From a virus (Duplodnaviria; Caudoviricetes), in IMG/VR virus record IMGVR_UViG_3300037423_001127, positions 1-40,932 of that record: 40,932 bases of DNA. One strand, 5' to 3'. The notes beneath the pieces are model-generated. The model searched no databases. It was not told the DNA's origin and saw nothing but the letters and a program-made list of their open reading frames with translations. Positions 6,920 through 17,237 of the stretch are shown in pieces. Every line of letters begins with the position of its first letter. The first letter of the stretch is position 1. The translations under genes were made by a program, and so were the position numbers.

Positions 6920-6935
6920 TGTTCTACGTGGAACA
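6920..6935. promoter_or_regulatory. parS-like site
   Basis: TGTTCTACGTGGAACA, 15/16 match to the chromosomal parS palindrome TGTTCCACGTGGAACA; intergenic. Confidence 0.7.
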
Positions 6936-6945
6936 TGATCATAAT

Positions 6946-6974
6946 TTGATCTAATTGTATAAATATTATATAAT
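6946..6974 (+). promoter_or_regulatory. Sigma70-like promoter of terL
   Basis: TTGATC-N17-TATAAT, 6 nt before the ATG. Confidence 0.6.
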
Positions 6975-6980
6975 TTATCA

Positions 6981-8576
6981 ATGCAAAGTTTATCAAGACG
7001 ATTACTAAAAATAGAGCAAGCTATACCTGCTTATTTAAGTCGTACTATCCAATCGCTACCAGACCCAGAAATTTTAAAAGCCGATTTTAGAAAGTTTATT
7101 GAATATTTCTTCCCTCTTGTGTATGGACGGCCTTTTTTAGATCGTAGGGCATTTGGACGAGAAAGCTATAGTGACGTAATAATTAGTACTCTTAATGGCG
7201 TAGTAAGTCACGATCCAACGTATAAGCGGACTTATATTGGTTCACCACCTCGTTACGGTAAAACAACGTACATGGTGTTTTTTGTCGCCTGGTCTATCGC
7301 TAGAACACCACAGAGCAACTTCATTTATGCATCTTATGCTAAAGACTTGTCTGTTATTCAGACTCGATTAATTAAAACGATTATTAGCCTCCCACAATTC
7401 TACGATCTATTTGGCATACGCATACGCAGAGATTTCTCGGCGGCTGAACATTTTGCGACGAATACAGGCGCGGAAGTTTTCGGTGCTGGTAATGAGGGTG
7501 GTATAACTGGAAAAGGCGCTGGTATACCCAATTCTTCCGAGTTCGGCGGTTGTATTATTATTGATGATATTCATAAGCCGATGGAGGTAACAAGCGATAC
7601 CTATAGAGCAAAAATCATTGAATGGTACAAAAGCACTCTTGTAAACCGTGTTAATAATGAACCTACCACGCCAATCATCATGATAGCTCATAGGCTACAC
7701 GAGGACGATCTACCTGCAAACCTTTTGCAAGATAGGAAACTAGATAGAAATATTTGGACACCCGTCATATTACCGGCCTTGAACGAATCAAACATTGCGT
7801 TGATGCCTGACATGCACACGTCAGAAGTTCTTCAAGAAATGCAATCGGTGGATCAATATAACTTTGCTTCGCAATATCAGCAAAACCCGATTCCTGCCGG
7901 CGGTGCATTGTTTAAAACTAAAAACTTCGAGCCATTACTTGATGAAATACCGGATAACATTGTTGCCACTTTCATCACGGTTGACACGGCTGAGACGAAA
8001 GAAACCTATAACGATGCTACCGTTTTCAGTTTCTGGGGACTTTATAAGATTAAAATTGGCTTTCAAGAAACCAACCTATACGGATTGCATTGGATAGATT
8101 GTCATGAGATGCGAGTTGAGCCAAGACAGCTTCATGGTAAATTCCTTGAGTTTTGGAGTGACTGTCTACGCTTCCCCATTAAGCCACAATTTGCGGCCAT
8201 AGAGAAAAAATCGACCGGCGTGACCCTTCTCTCAGTTTTGGAAGAGACTAGAGGGCTAGAGATTATCGAGATTGAAAGAACAGCTAATTCCGGTCCAAAA
8301 GCTTCAAGATACATATCAATGCAGAAGTTCATTGCATCAAAAAGGATAACTTTGCATAAAAATTGCTCTCATGCTAGTATATGTATTGAACATATGTCCA
8401 AAATTACGGCAAACGACAGCCACCGACACGATGATATAGCGGACACGTGTTATGACGCTATTAAATTGGCGTTTATTGATAATAAATTGGAAAGTCTATT
8501 ACCGCAACAAGAAAGCATAACATATGGGTTTAATGCGCCACCTCAACAGGGTATGAAATCTTGGAACAGCAAATAA
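6981..8576 (+). CDS. terL: Terminase large subunit
   Basis: Walker A PPRYGKT, Walker B IIIDD, FASQYQQNP, nuclease motifs TVDTA and HDDIAD. Confidence 0.95.
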   Translation: MQSLSRRLLKIEQAIPAYLSRTIQSLPDPEILKADFRKFIEYFFPLVYGRPFLDRRAFGRESYSDVIISTLNGVVSHDPTYKRTYIGSPPRYGKTTYMVFFVAWSIARTPQSNFIYASYAKDLSVIQTRLIKTIISLPQFYDLFGIRIRRDFSAAEHFATNTGAEVFGAGNEGGITGKGAGIPNSSEFGGCIIIDDIHKPMEVTSDTYRAKIIEWYKSTLVNRVNNEPTTPIIMIAHRLHEDDLPANLLQDRKLDRNIWTPVILPALNESNIALMPDMHTSEVLQEMQSVDQYNFASQYQQNPIPAGGALFKTKNFEPLLDEIPDNIVATFITVDTAETKETYNDATVFSFWGLYKIKIGFQETNLYGLHWIDCHEMRVEPRQLHGKFLEFWSDCLRFPIKPQFAAIEKKSTGVTLLSVLEETRGLEIIEIERTANSGPKASRYISMQKFIASKRITLHKNCSHASICIEHMSKITANDSHRHDDIADTCYDAIKLAFIDNKLESLLPQQESITYGFNAPPQQGMKSWNSK

Positions 8577-10675
8577 AGAAAAAGTATCTTGATGAGATAC
8601 CCCGCATAAAAAAATCTGTAGAAGATGCCCAGAACTATTTTAAAGACAACAACAGACGATTTCACCAATCCCGCGAATTTCTTTATAAATCGACACTCAC
8701 CGAAGATGACAGGGCTAACTTAAAAGCCCAAGGCAAGCCTGAGGTTGAAGTCAATATCATTGAGCCAATGGTCTCTCGGCAATGCGGAGAATGGTCTAAA
8801 CAAACGCCTGATATGACTGTTCGATCCAAGAATGATGAAATAAACCCAGAGCAACCCAAGATAGTTGAAGGGTACTTACGCTGCATACTTTCAGATAGTG
8901 ATGCCCAAGAAATACAAATAGAGATTCATAAGGAAATCATGAGCGGTGGATTTTCTGTGCTTGAGGTTGTCACGGAGTATGAATCAGACACGAGTCTAAA
9001 CCAAGTTATTCGTCTTCAAAAACCGTTTGATTCCACCTTATGCGGTTTTGATCCGATGGCGAGAAAACCCAGCAAGCATGACGGTAATTTTTGTTACAAG
9101 CTCACACCGATGTTGCAATCTCAAGCTAAAGAAGAATTTCCCAATGTCAATTTTGAGCAAGTCAAGTCCGAATCAATTTTCATGACTGAATCAGATGATT
9201 TTCGATGGATGTACACTGATAATCAGCGAGACATTGTTTTAATTGCTGACTATTTTGAAAAGAAGTATGAAAATGTCAAATTCGTTATGTACGAAGACCC
9301 GCAAGTACCTGACAAGGTAAAAACAGTTCCTATCGAAAAATACGAGGCTATGATTCAAGAGTGGAAATCATTCGGATTACCGCCTCAAGTTTTGCAAGAA
9401 CGTACTCGTAAAGTCCCAAAAATTTACAGATATCGATTTATTGGTGATCAAATTATCGAAGAGCCAATTAAAACCAATTTCCGTTTTTTGCCGTTAGTAT
9501 TTTTTGATGGCAATAGCGCCGTATTAAAAGGAAAACAGCGTACTCGTTCGTATATACACAATACCTTTGATGCTCAGCGTATTAAAAACCTCGCTGCAAG
9601 CTCTTTCGTCAATGACATGGAAAACATGCGCCAAAGCGATATTTTTGTTGCTAAAAAGGCGCTTCCGACTGAGCCAGAATTTAAGCTATCCTGGTTGAAT
9701 CCACAAAAGGCAACTGCTCCTTTTGTTTACAATTCTGGGGAAGGAATACCCGAACCTCGTGTTGAAAGACGAGGGGACATCAATGCTCAAACCATGCAGA
9801 TTTACCAAATGTTTGATACATCAGTACAAACTGTTTTAGGTAACTATGACCCACAAATAGGCATCAACGAAAAAGACTTATCAGGGGTTGCAATCGAAGA
9901 GGGAGCAACCCAAAGTAATGGCGCAGCCATGCCTTATGTCGTTAACTATATGTCTTCCTGGAATCATACAGCCCGTATTATAGCTGACTTATTACCTAAA
10001 TATTGCAATACATTGACTACACTACCTGTCATGCTGCCAAATGGGCAAAAGACCTATATACGCATTAATGACGCAGAAATTCCAGAATCTAAACTTACTT
10101 ATGATTCTGATGACTTGGAAGTCGTGATTAAGGCTGGTGTCAACTTTGAAATTCAACGCAATCGTGCCTTTGAGACGATTATTAAGCTGATGACTGTTTC
10201 CGAAGCCTTCCGCGCCATGATGGAACAACAAGGGCTGCCGATCTTAATTGATAACATCGATATACGCGGCAAAGATCAGCTTAAACAAATGGCTGAAAGG
10301 TTCCTGGCTATGAATATGCAAAAAACGCAAAATCAGCCGAATTTAGCCGAGCAAGATATGCAGCTTAAAGCTCAAAAAGTCATGAATGAATCTAAAAAGA
10401 TTGATCAAGATGGATACTTTAAGAACAAAGACCTTGAGCTTAAGAAAATGGATACTGCCATTCATGCAATGGACTTAGAAAGAACCGCTCTTATTGAATC
10501 TGCCAAAGTAAGAAACGAAGCCGACAAGACACAGGCTGAAAATATTCGTACCCATGCAAATTTAGCAATGACGTTTGCTGAAAAGCTTGGAAAACACTCA
10601 CTCGATACTAGTAAACATGCCTTGGAAATTCACAAAGTTATAAGCGCTCCTCAGGCGCAGACTGTTACTGCATAA
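8561..10675 (+). CDS. Portal protein, P22 gp1-like
   Basis: 704 aa directly after terL; DPMA..., SGVAI motif; helical C-terminal barrel. Confidence 0.9.
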   Translation: MEQQIKKKYLDEIPRIKKSVEDAQNYFKDNNRRFHQSREFLYKSTLTEDDRANLKAQGKPEVEVNIIEPMVSRQCGEWSKQTPDMTVRSKNDEINPEQPKIVEGYLRCILSDSDAQEIQIEIHKEIMSGGFSVLEVVTEYESDTSLNQVIRLQKPFDSTLCGFDPMARKPSKHDGNFCYKLTPMLQSQAKEEFPNVNFEQVKSESIFMTESDDFRWMYTDNQRDIVLIADYFEKKYENVKFVMYEDPQVPDKVKTVPIEKYEAMIQEWKSFGLPPQVLQERTRKVPKIYRYRFIGDQIIEEPIKTNFRFLPLVFFDGNSAVLKGKQRTRSYIHNTFDAQRIKNLAASSFVNDMENMRQSDIFVAKKALPTEPEFKLSWLNPQKATAPFVYNSGEGIPEPRVERRGDINAQTMQIYQMFDTSVQTVLGNYDPQIGINEKDLSGVAIEEGATQSNGAAMPYVVNYMSSWNHTARIIADLLPKYCNTLTTLPVMLPNGQKTYIRINDAEIPESKLTYDSDDLEVVIKAGVNFEIQRNRAFETIIKLMTVSEAFRAMMEQQGLPILIDNIDIRGKDQLKQMAERFLAMNMQKTQNQPNLAEQDMQLKAQKVMNESKKIDQDGYFKNKDLELKKMDTAIHAMDLERTALIESAKVRNEADKTQAENIRTHANLAMTFAEKLGKHSLDTSKHALEIHKVISAPQAQTVTA

Positions 10676-10835
10676 ATTCTACGCTATTTGACTAATATAT
10701 GTACTTTATGGTTAAATATTGTATAAGCGATCTGAGCTTTTGATCAGAAAAAAACCGAGCTACGGAAAAATAGCCGTGATGTCTCACGTTTAGACAAACC
10801 AACCGTGACGGGACTAATAGTCAAGAGGATTTAAA

Positions 10836-11564
10836 ATGTCAGATGATGTTCAAAATATAGACGTATCTAGTGAAGTTTCAACCCCTGTAACCCAAGCACC
10901 TACTCCGGAAGTTCAAGCGCCACAAACCGCGCAAACACAAAACGAGAAGATGCTTCCGCAGTCGCAAGTTACAAAAATTGCGGCAAGCGAAAATAGGGCA
11001 GGCTATGAAAAAGCTAGGCGGGAATTGGAAGCTCAATATGGCATCCAAAACCCTGCTAATTCTAAACCAAGCATCGACCCTGAGGAAATTAAACGGATTG
11101 CGCGGGAAACCTACCAAGCCGAATTAAAAGAACAGGCTTTGAAACACCAACAAATGCTTGAGCAGCAAGAGGCCGATAGGGTTCATTCTGCACTAGCAAA
11201 AAAGATTGAAGACGCGACTACAAAGTACGAAGACTTTAATACGGTGGTTCAAGAGTTCGATTATGTGAATGAATTAAAAGACGTGCTATATGCGGTAAAT
11301 AATGTTGATAACTCAGGAGATGTACTTTATCACCTGAGCAAAGACCCAGCGAAATTAAAAGAGCTAGTCTCTGATTTAAGAACGCCTGGTTTTCAACGGA
11401 TGGCGATGAAAAAGATTAACGAATTATCGGATTCAATCCGTAATCGTGAATCTGCAAAAAATCGCGAATTACCGCCTGAACCATTATCCCAGCTTAAACC
11501 TCTACGAAACACGGGTAATGGTGAAATGTCTGTGAGTGATTACGCCGCAAGGTACATGGTCTAA
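10836..11564 (+). CDS. Scaffolding protein
   Basis: Between portal and coat; acidic, coiled-coil; DVLYHLSKDP motif. Confidence 0.85.
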   Translation: MSDDVQNIDVSSEVSTPVTQAPTPEVQAPQTAQTQNEKMLPQSQVTKIAASENRAGYEKARRELEAQYGIQNPANSKPSIDPEEIKRIARETYQAELKEQALKHQQMLEQQEADRVHSALAKKIEDATTKYEDFNTVVQEFDYVNELKDVLYAVNNVDNSGDVLYHLSKDPAKLKELVSDLRTPGFQRMAMKKINELSDSIRNRESAKNRELPPEPLSQLKPLRNTGNGEMSVSDYAARYMV

Positions 11565-11632
11565 AAACCTAAGCTTAACAGCCAGCCATTACTCAAAAAC
11601 AAATTAATTTTTATTTTTGAGGTTTATATATT

Positions 11633-12883
11633 ATGTCTGCTGTTAGTAATACTTTAGTCCAGGTAATTGAGTATACCAAGTCGGGTCTTGGCTTGCTCGA
11701 AAACTCTAACCCGTTTATTGCGAATGTCAATAAAAAGTACAAAGACTTCCAAAAGCAATACCCCATGAACAAAGGCGCAACTATTTCTTGGGATGCTCCG
11801 CCACGCATGATTGCTCAGGATTCTTTGATTGTAACTTTTACTGGCGTTCAACAACGTCAATTCTCAATGACTGTCGATCAAGAAGCTGCTGTTCCTTTTG
11901 CTTTCACGGCTCAAGAGCAAATCTTCAATGTTGACGATTATATGAATGTCTTCGGCAAATCCGCAATTGCTACATTGGCATCAAAAGTTGGTCGTAATTT
12001 AGCTTTAAATGCGATAAATCATACCTACCGCGCTGTAGACTTTACGCAAGGTGGCGTAACCAATATTTCACAATACGCGAGTATGCTTGAAAAGTTACGC
12101 AACGTGGGTGCTTCAATGGATGGCGAAGCGAAAATCTATATTCCTGACATTGGTGTATCTCAAGTAGTTAGCTCCATGCTCAATCAATTTGTGGCTGGTG
12201 AAAACGAAAAGTTACGCAACTCTTGGGATTTAGGAAGCTTACGCGTTTCTAATGCTCGTTTCTATCAAAGCAACTTATTGCCTATTCATACGGCAGGGGA
12301 TGCTGGTCAAAACCAAAGAACATTAACCTTTGTTTCGATCAACGGTGATGGCACAGCGATTACTTTCAGTGGCGCTGGTACTTCGGTAACTGACTCTTTG
12401 AAAGAAGGCGATATTATCACGATCGACGCAACCAGTGGCCAAGGCTTGTATTTCTTACAAGCAATTGGTGGTGGTGTTTCTCAGCAGAAAGTTCAAGTAC
12501 GTGTTACTGCGGATGCAGACTCTAATGGATCGGGTAATGTTGTTGCGCAAGTATATCCTGCGTTAATTGACATCGAAAACAACCCAACAGACGTTAATGC
12601 GAATATTAATATTCCGTTAACGACATCTATGACCGCAACTGTTGCGAATTCTCATAGAGCTGGTTTTGCTTACACTGATAATCCTTTCTACATGGGTATG
12701 CCTAAATTGCCTGATGAAGACCCTTACAAAACGGCTTCTGTCATGCATGAAAAAACGGGTACTTCGTTACGCATGTACACGGGTTCTGTGTTTGCACAAA
12801 ACCAACGTGGCTCTGTTTACGACTGTATCTGGGGTAGTACATTAATTGACGAATATGCTATTCGTTTAATGTTCCCTGTGTAA
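11633..12883 (+). CDS. Major capsid protein, P22 gp5 coat family
   Basis: 416 aa; GATISWDAPPR; I-domain LKEGDIITI; C-terminal YDCIWG. Confidence 0.92.
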   Translation: MSAVSNTLVQVIEYTKSGLGLLENSNPFIANVNKKYKDFQKQYPMNKGATISWDAPPRMIAQDSLIVTFTGVQQRQFSMTVDQEAAVPFAFTAQEQIFNVDDYMNVFGKSAIATLASKVGRNLALNAINHTYRAVDFTQGGVTNISQYASMLEKLRNVGASMDGEAKIYIPDIGVSQVVSSMLNQFVAGENEKLRNSWDLGSLRVSNARFYQSNLLPIHTAGDAGQNQRTLTFVSINGDGTAITFSGAGTSVTDSLKEGDIITIDATSGQGLYFLQAIGGGVSQQKVQVRVTADADSNGSGNVVAQVYPALIDIENNPTDVNANINIPLTTSMTATVANSHRAGFAYTDNPFYMGMPKLPDEDPYKTASVMHEKTGTSLRMYTGSVFAQNQRGSVYDCIWGSTLIDEYAIRLMFPV

Positions 12884-12894
12884 GGAATATACAC

Positions 12895-13587
12895 ATGAAT
12901 GCGGCGGAGTTAATTGCTAAAGCGTTTTATCTTTCAGGGGTCGTAGGTCGTGGCTATGAGTCAATTCCTGGTGAATACTCACAAGATGGCCTTGATCTCT
13001 TGAATGATATCTTAGCTGAAAAAGCGATTGATTCCGCTCTCATTCCTTATACTTCTCATACCACTTTTGAAACTATTGCAAACACAGAAATCTACACAGT
13101 TCAAAATCTTGTAGAAATTGATTGTTTGACTTTTAACTTAGACGAAAATACAAGATTACCATTGGAGCGAGATACACAATACAACTATTTCGGTTCAGGT
13201 CGTATTAACGATATAAAAAGTCTTTTAACGCATTATTATGCAGAAAGACAAGTTGATAATACGATGAAAATCTATTTTTTCTTTATTCCAGATAGCGCTT
13301 ACACAGTCAATATTACGGGCAAATACGCATTTTCTTCGGCTTCATTACTAGACACTTTGCCATTTGATCAATTTTATACAAGCTATCTTAAATATTTACT
13401 GGCTAAGCGAATTTGTCATTTTTACGAAGAAAATTTTAATCCTGAGCATGAAGCGACACTTCAAAAAATGGAAGAAAAACTTTATCAAATGACTGGCGAG
13501 GATTTCACATCGCGTAAAGTCTCAATGTTTAGCCGCTCTGGTGTGAATTATGCTCAGGCTAACCTCGGAAAAGGATGGACTCCATGA
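12895..13587 (+). CDS. Head-to-tail adaptor, P22 gp4-like
   Basis: Position; DGLDLLNDILA and YLKYLLAKRI motifs. Confidence 0.75.
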   Translation: MNAAELIAKAFYLSGVVGRGYESIPGEYSQDGLDLLNDILAEKAIDSALIPYTSHTTFETIANTEIYTVQNLVEIDCLTFNLDENTRLPLERDTQYNYFGSGRINDIKSLLTHYYAERQVDNTMKIYFFFIPDSAYTVNITGKYAFSSASLLDTLPFDQFYTSYLKYLLAKRICHFYEENFNPEHEATLQKMEEKLYQMTGEDFTSRKVSMFSRSGVNYAQANLGKGWTP

Positions 13588-14972
13588 GCGCGCCTATTCC
13601 GCTAAAAATGGTGGGTGGAACCCAGTTTGCGCGTTATCCGAAAATAACAAGTGAAACTACACTTAATTTCATGGTGTCTGGTTCGGATGTTGACAATCCT
13701 TCACTTGTTCCTTTTGCTGGTCATCAAAAAAAAATTACTTTCCCAAGTGGAGAAGCAAGAGGACTATTTAAAGGCAAACACCTTGATAAAATGGTCGCTG
13801 TTTTTGGTTCTGGCGTTTATGTAATAACAAAGCAATTGAATTTTAGATTAATTGGTAACCTTAACACTACTTCTGGAATTGTTCATATCGCTGAAAACTT
13901 TGGTGGTCAAGTTGCTCTTGAAGATGGACTCCACATATACATTTATGACTACAACTTAAATTCTTTTACGATTCCGGCTATTGATTTTCGACCAATTTAT
14001 TTAACATTTAAAGATACTTTCTTTATCGCGACTGATGATAACGACAATTTCCACAGGTCAGATTCTAATGATGGATCACTATGGGATGTTCTTGATATTA
14101 ACCAGTTGCAAACACAAGGTGACGTTTTGCAAGCCGCTGTTGCTTTTGATCCTCGCTTATGGGTCATCGGTGAAAACATTGCCGAAGTTTGGGACGCAAG
14201 ACCGACAGAATTGCAAGTGTACCAGCGCGACAACTCTATTTCTATTTCATATGGTACAGTCAGTCGAGATACAATTGCCATTGGTTTTGATATGTTAATT
14301 TATCTTGCGAAGGGCGAGAAGGGAACACCACAACTTGTTGTCAGTCGAGGTGGTAAGCCTGAACCAATATCTACAGGTGGTCTTGATTTTATATTTTCAA
14401 CATTTGAACATCCAGAAGATTCAGTCGGGTTTTTGTATCAAATCGATGGGCACATAATTTATCAATTAACATTTAATTCTGATAACTTTTCGATTGCGTA
14501 TGACTTTAATACAAACTTAATTTATGTGTTAGTGGATGAACATTACAATAGACATATCGCTAAGCTATTGGTGGAATTTAATAACAAAATTTATTTTATA
14601 AGCTTTGTTGATTCTTGCTTATATGAAATGAATACCTTATTTACGACGTACGATGGCGCTATTGTTCCACGGGTTCGAATCCCGCCAAATCTTCGCCAAC
14701 CAACCGACATGCCTTTTATAACCAAAAAAGTAGAGCTTCCGATGGAACATGGCAACAGTAATGAAGAGCATCGTATAGATTTATCGCTTTCAAAAGATGG
14801 CGGCGTATCTTTCGGAAATACAGTTTCAAGATATTTACAGCCACAAGGTTATCGAAAAGGAAGAGTTACTTTTAGAAAACTTGGAAGAGCTAATGATCTA
14901 GTTACTAAGTTTACGTTTTGGTCTGCTGACAGATTTATTATTTTTAACGGAACATTGGAGCTTTCAGAATGA
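13584..14972 (+). CDS. Tail hub / DNA stabilisation protein, P22 gp10-like
   Basis: About 460 aa, beta-rich; LSLSKDGGVSFG and FRKLG motifs. Confidence 0.85.
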   Translation: MSAPIPLKMVGGTQFARYPKITSETTLNFMVSGSDVDNPSLVPFAGHQKKITFPSGEARGLFKGKHLDKMVAVFGSGVYVITKQLNFRLIGNLNTTSGIVHIAENFGGQVALEDGLHIYIYDYNLNSFTIPAIDFRPIYLTFKDTFFIATDDNDNFHRSDSNDGSLWDVLDINQLQTQGDVLQAAVAFDPRLWVIGENIAEVWDARPTELQVYQRDNSISISYGTVSRDTIAIGFDMLIYLAKGEKGTPQLVVSRGGKPEPISTGGLDFIFSTFEHPEDSVGFLYQIDGHIIYQLTFNSDNFSIAYDFNTNLIYVLVDEHYNRHIAKLLVEFNNKIYFISFVDSCLYEMNTLFTTYDGAIVPRVRIPPNLRQPTDMPFITKKVELPMEHGNSNEEHRIDLSLSKDGGVSFGNTVSRYLQPQGYRKGRVTFRKLGRANDLVTKFTFWSADRFIIFNGTLELSE

Positions 14973-15367
14973 ATATATCAGGGCTTCCGATTGGAAATAT
15001 TTGTGACAAAGAAGGCAGATTAACTGACGAGTGGTACAAGTTTTTTTCTAATTTAGTCAGTCAAATGCAAGCCAATTTATCGGATGAAGGATACATAATT
15101 CCAAATCAAATTAATGACAATATTTTAAGATTAAATTCGTCAGGTAAAAGCAAACAACGATTTTTATATAACTCTACAATATCAACCATGATGGTTAACA
15201 ATACTGGGAGTTATGTTGCTATATCAACAACAATGTTAATGACGGCAGAGCAAATCGCGGAAACCGATTTATCGCATTACACGGGTATTTTAGTCGATAC
15301 AACTCACGATCATATTTATTTTGTTAAAAACGGCATTAAAAAGAGAATTAATATTCTGGAGGATTAA
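14969..15367 (+). CDS. Virion-associated hypothetical protein
   Basis: Follows the hub gene; GRLTDEWYKFF. Confidence 0.65.
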   Translation: MNISGLPIGNICDKEGRLTDEWYKFFSNLVSQMQANLSDEGYIIPNQINDNILRLNSSGKSKQRFLYNSTISTMMVNNTGSYVAISTTMLMTAEQIAETDLSHYTGILVDTTHDHIYFVKNGIKKRINILED

Positions 15368-15369
15368 TT

Positions 15370-15996
15370 ATGTTTGATAGTTTATTTGGAAATAAAAATC
15401 CTGCGGATAGTGCAAGCAAATATTATAATCAAGTCCCTGGTGTTCTTCACGAAGGTTATGATGATTATATTACCAATGGCAAAAAGAACATGGGTACTCT
15501 CAATGAGCAAATCCAGAAATTAATTTATGATCCAAGCGGTCTTTATAACTCGATGGGAAAAGGCTATCAGCAATCACCTGGCTATGAATTCAATGTACAA
15601 CAAGCGACACAAGGCGCTAAGAATGCTGCGGCTGCGAGCGGTCAAGCTGGAAGCTCTGCAACTCAACTTGCGCTTGCCCAAAAAATTGCCGGATTGTCTT
15701 CACAGGATTATAATCAATATATGGGTAATATTATGCAAATGTACGGCATGGGAATGAATGGCGCTCAAGATATGATGCACCAAGGTTATAATGCTTCAGA
15801 TTCACTTACGCAAGGTTTAGCATCTAACTTAATGTCGCAAGGTAATCTTGCATATACAGGCCAGCAAAATAAAAACCAGTCTAACTCCGAATTTTGGAAG
15901 ACAATAGCAGCAATGGGCGGAGCTGCGGCTGGGGTTCCAACTGGCGGCATGGGTGGATCATCCAGCGCAGCGCAACCAATGATGAGGTATAACTAA
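15370..15996 (+). CDS. DNA ejection protein, gp7-like
   Basis: YQQSPGYEF motif; Gly/Ala/Gln/Asn-rich. Confidence 0.75.
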   Translation: MFDSLFGNKNPADSASKYYNQVPGVLHEGYDDYITNGKKNMGTLNEQIQKLIYDPSGLYNSMGKGYQQSPGYEFNVQQATQGAKNAAAASGQAGSSATQLALAQKIAGLSSQDYNQYMGNIMQMYGMGMNGAQDMMHQGYNASDSLTQGLASNLMSQGNLAYTGQQNKNQSNSEFWKTIAAMGGAAAGVPTGGMGGSSSAAQPMMRYN

Positions 15997-17237
15997 TGGC
16001 TTTACCTGTTCAACAATTTCAACCTGTATCACCTGAGCAATCCAGCTCCTTAGCGGGCTTAGTTCAGTTATTCCAAAACGCACAAGCGATGCAGCAACAA
16101 AATACATACCGCCCAAAGACGTTACAAGCACAGCTTGAACAACTCCAAGCACAGACGCAACATCAAAATTTGGAAAATGAATACTATCCAAAGGAAATGA
16201 ATATACGCGCTCAAAATGCGTATACTTCTGCTGGGCAACTCGGGCAAAGTCAATCGCGTTTCAATAATCCAGCTTATATAGCGAAACAAATTATTTCTAC
16301 ACCTGCTGGGATGTCACTTTATCGTAGCAATAAAGAATTTGCCTCGGCAGTTGATAGGATTAATGCGGGTTCTGCTAGTGATGAAGATTACAAAATATTC
16401 CAAAGGCACTCTGGCATTAATCCAAATTCTCCTCAAGCCAGTAACTTTTTACCTGGCTTTGCAAGAGATTTTGGCGTGCCTACGGAACCACAGCAACCAG
16501 TAGCGACTCCTCAAGGGATGACTCAATTACCGAGTAAAGAGCAATATGTATCATTGCCTGAACAGCTTAAAAACCAAATTGCTAATTCTGCATCGGGTAT
16601 TCCTATTACGGACGATCAGACTGCTCAGAATCAGGATGTCATGGGTTCTTATATTGAGGCAAAAACTGTTCCTGCTGCTACTCGTCAACAAAGAACCTAC
16701 GCCGCTAGCGTAGATAACATGGTTAAACAAGTTGATGCTGATATGCCATCCATTGTGAAATACGCAGGACTAATGGGTAAAACCGATGCGGAACGCGAAA
16801 AATGGATGGCTTCTATGGGATTGACACCTAGCGAAGAATACGCAAAACTCAATAACTGGGTTTCTGTTCAAATGCCAGCCCTCGCAAAAGAGATTGGCCG
16901 TGACACGGGTATGCAAGCAACAGACAATGCAAACTTTATTCTTAAAGAATTGGCAGACCCCATTAAATGGAAAAGCAACCCTGAGCTTGCGCTTTCCCAA
17001 TGGAATGCACTTAAAAACATGCTTGCCAATAATGCTCAGGCTCTTAGTATGTCACAGGCTGGACTTCAAAAACGTGTACAAGATATTGGAAATCAAAGTT
17101 TTCCTACCGATCTTAAGAGCCAAGTTAAACAAATGAATGGTAAAGCTGGTAGCGCAGGATGGTTTACAGATTCTAACGGCAATTTAATGTATCGCTCTAA
17201 AGATGGAAATATTTATTCTGAACAGGAGATAGGTTAA
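15996..17237 (+). CDS. DNA ejection protein, gp20-like
   Basis: Position; Gln/Ala-rich, no Cys. Confidence 0.65.
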   Translation: MALPVQQFQPVSPEQSSSLAGLVQLFQNAQAMQQQNTYRPKTLQAQLEQLQAQTQHQNLENEYYPKEMNIRAQNAYTSAGQLGQSQSRFNNPAYIAKQIISTPAGMSLYRSNKEFASAVDRINAGSASDEDYKIFQRHSGINPNSPQASNFLPGFARDFGVPTEPQQPVATPQGMTQLPSKEQYVSLPEQLKNQIANSASGIPITDDQTAQNQDVMGSYIEAKTVPAATRQQRTYAASVDNMVKQVDADMPSIVKYAGLMGKTDAEREKWMASMGLTPSEEYAKLNNWVSVQMPALAKEIGRDTGMQATDNANFILKELADPIKWKSNPELALSQWNALKNMLANNAQALSMSQAGLQKRVQDIGNQSFPTDLKSQVKQMNGKAGSAGWFTDSNGNLMYRSKDGNIYSEQEIG

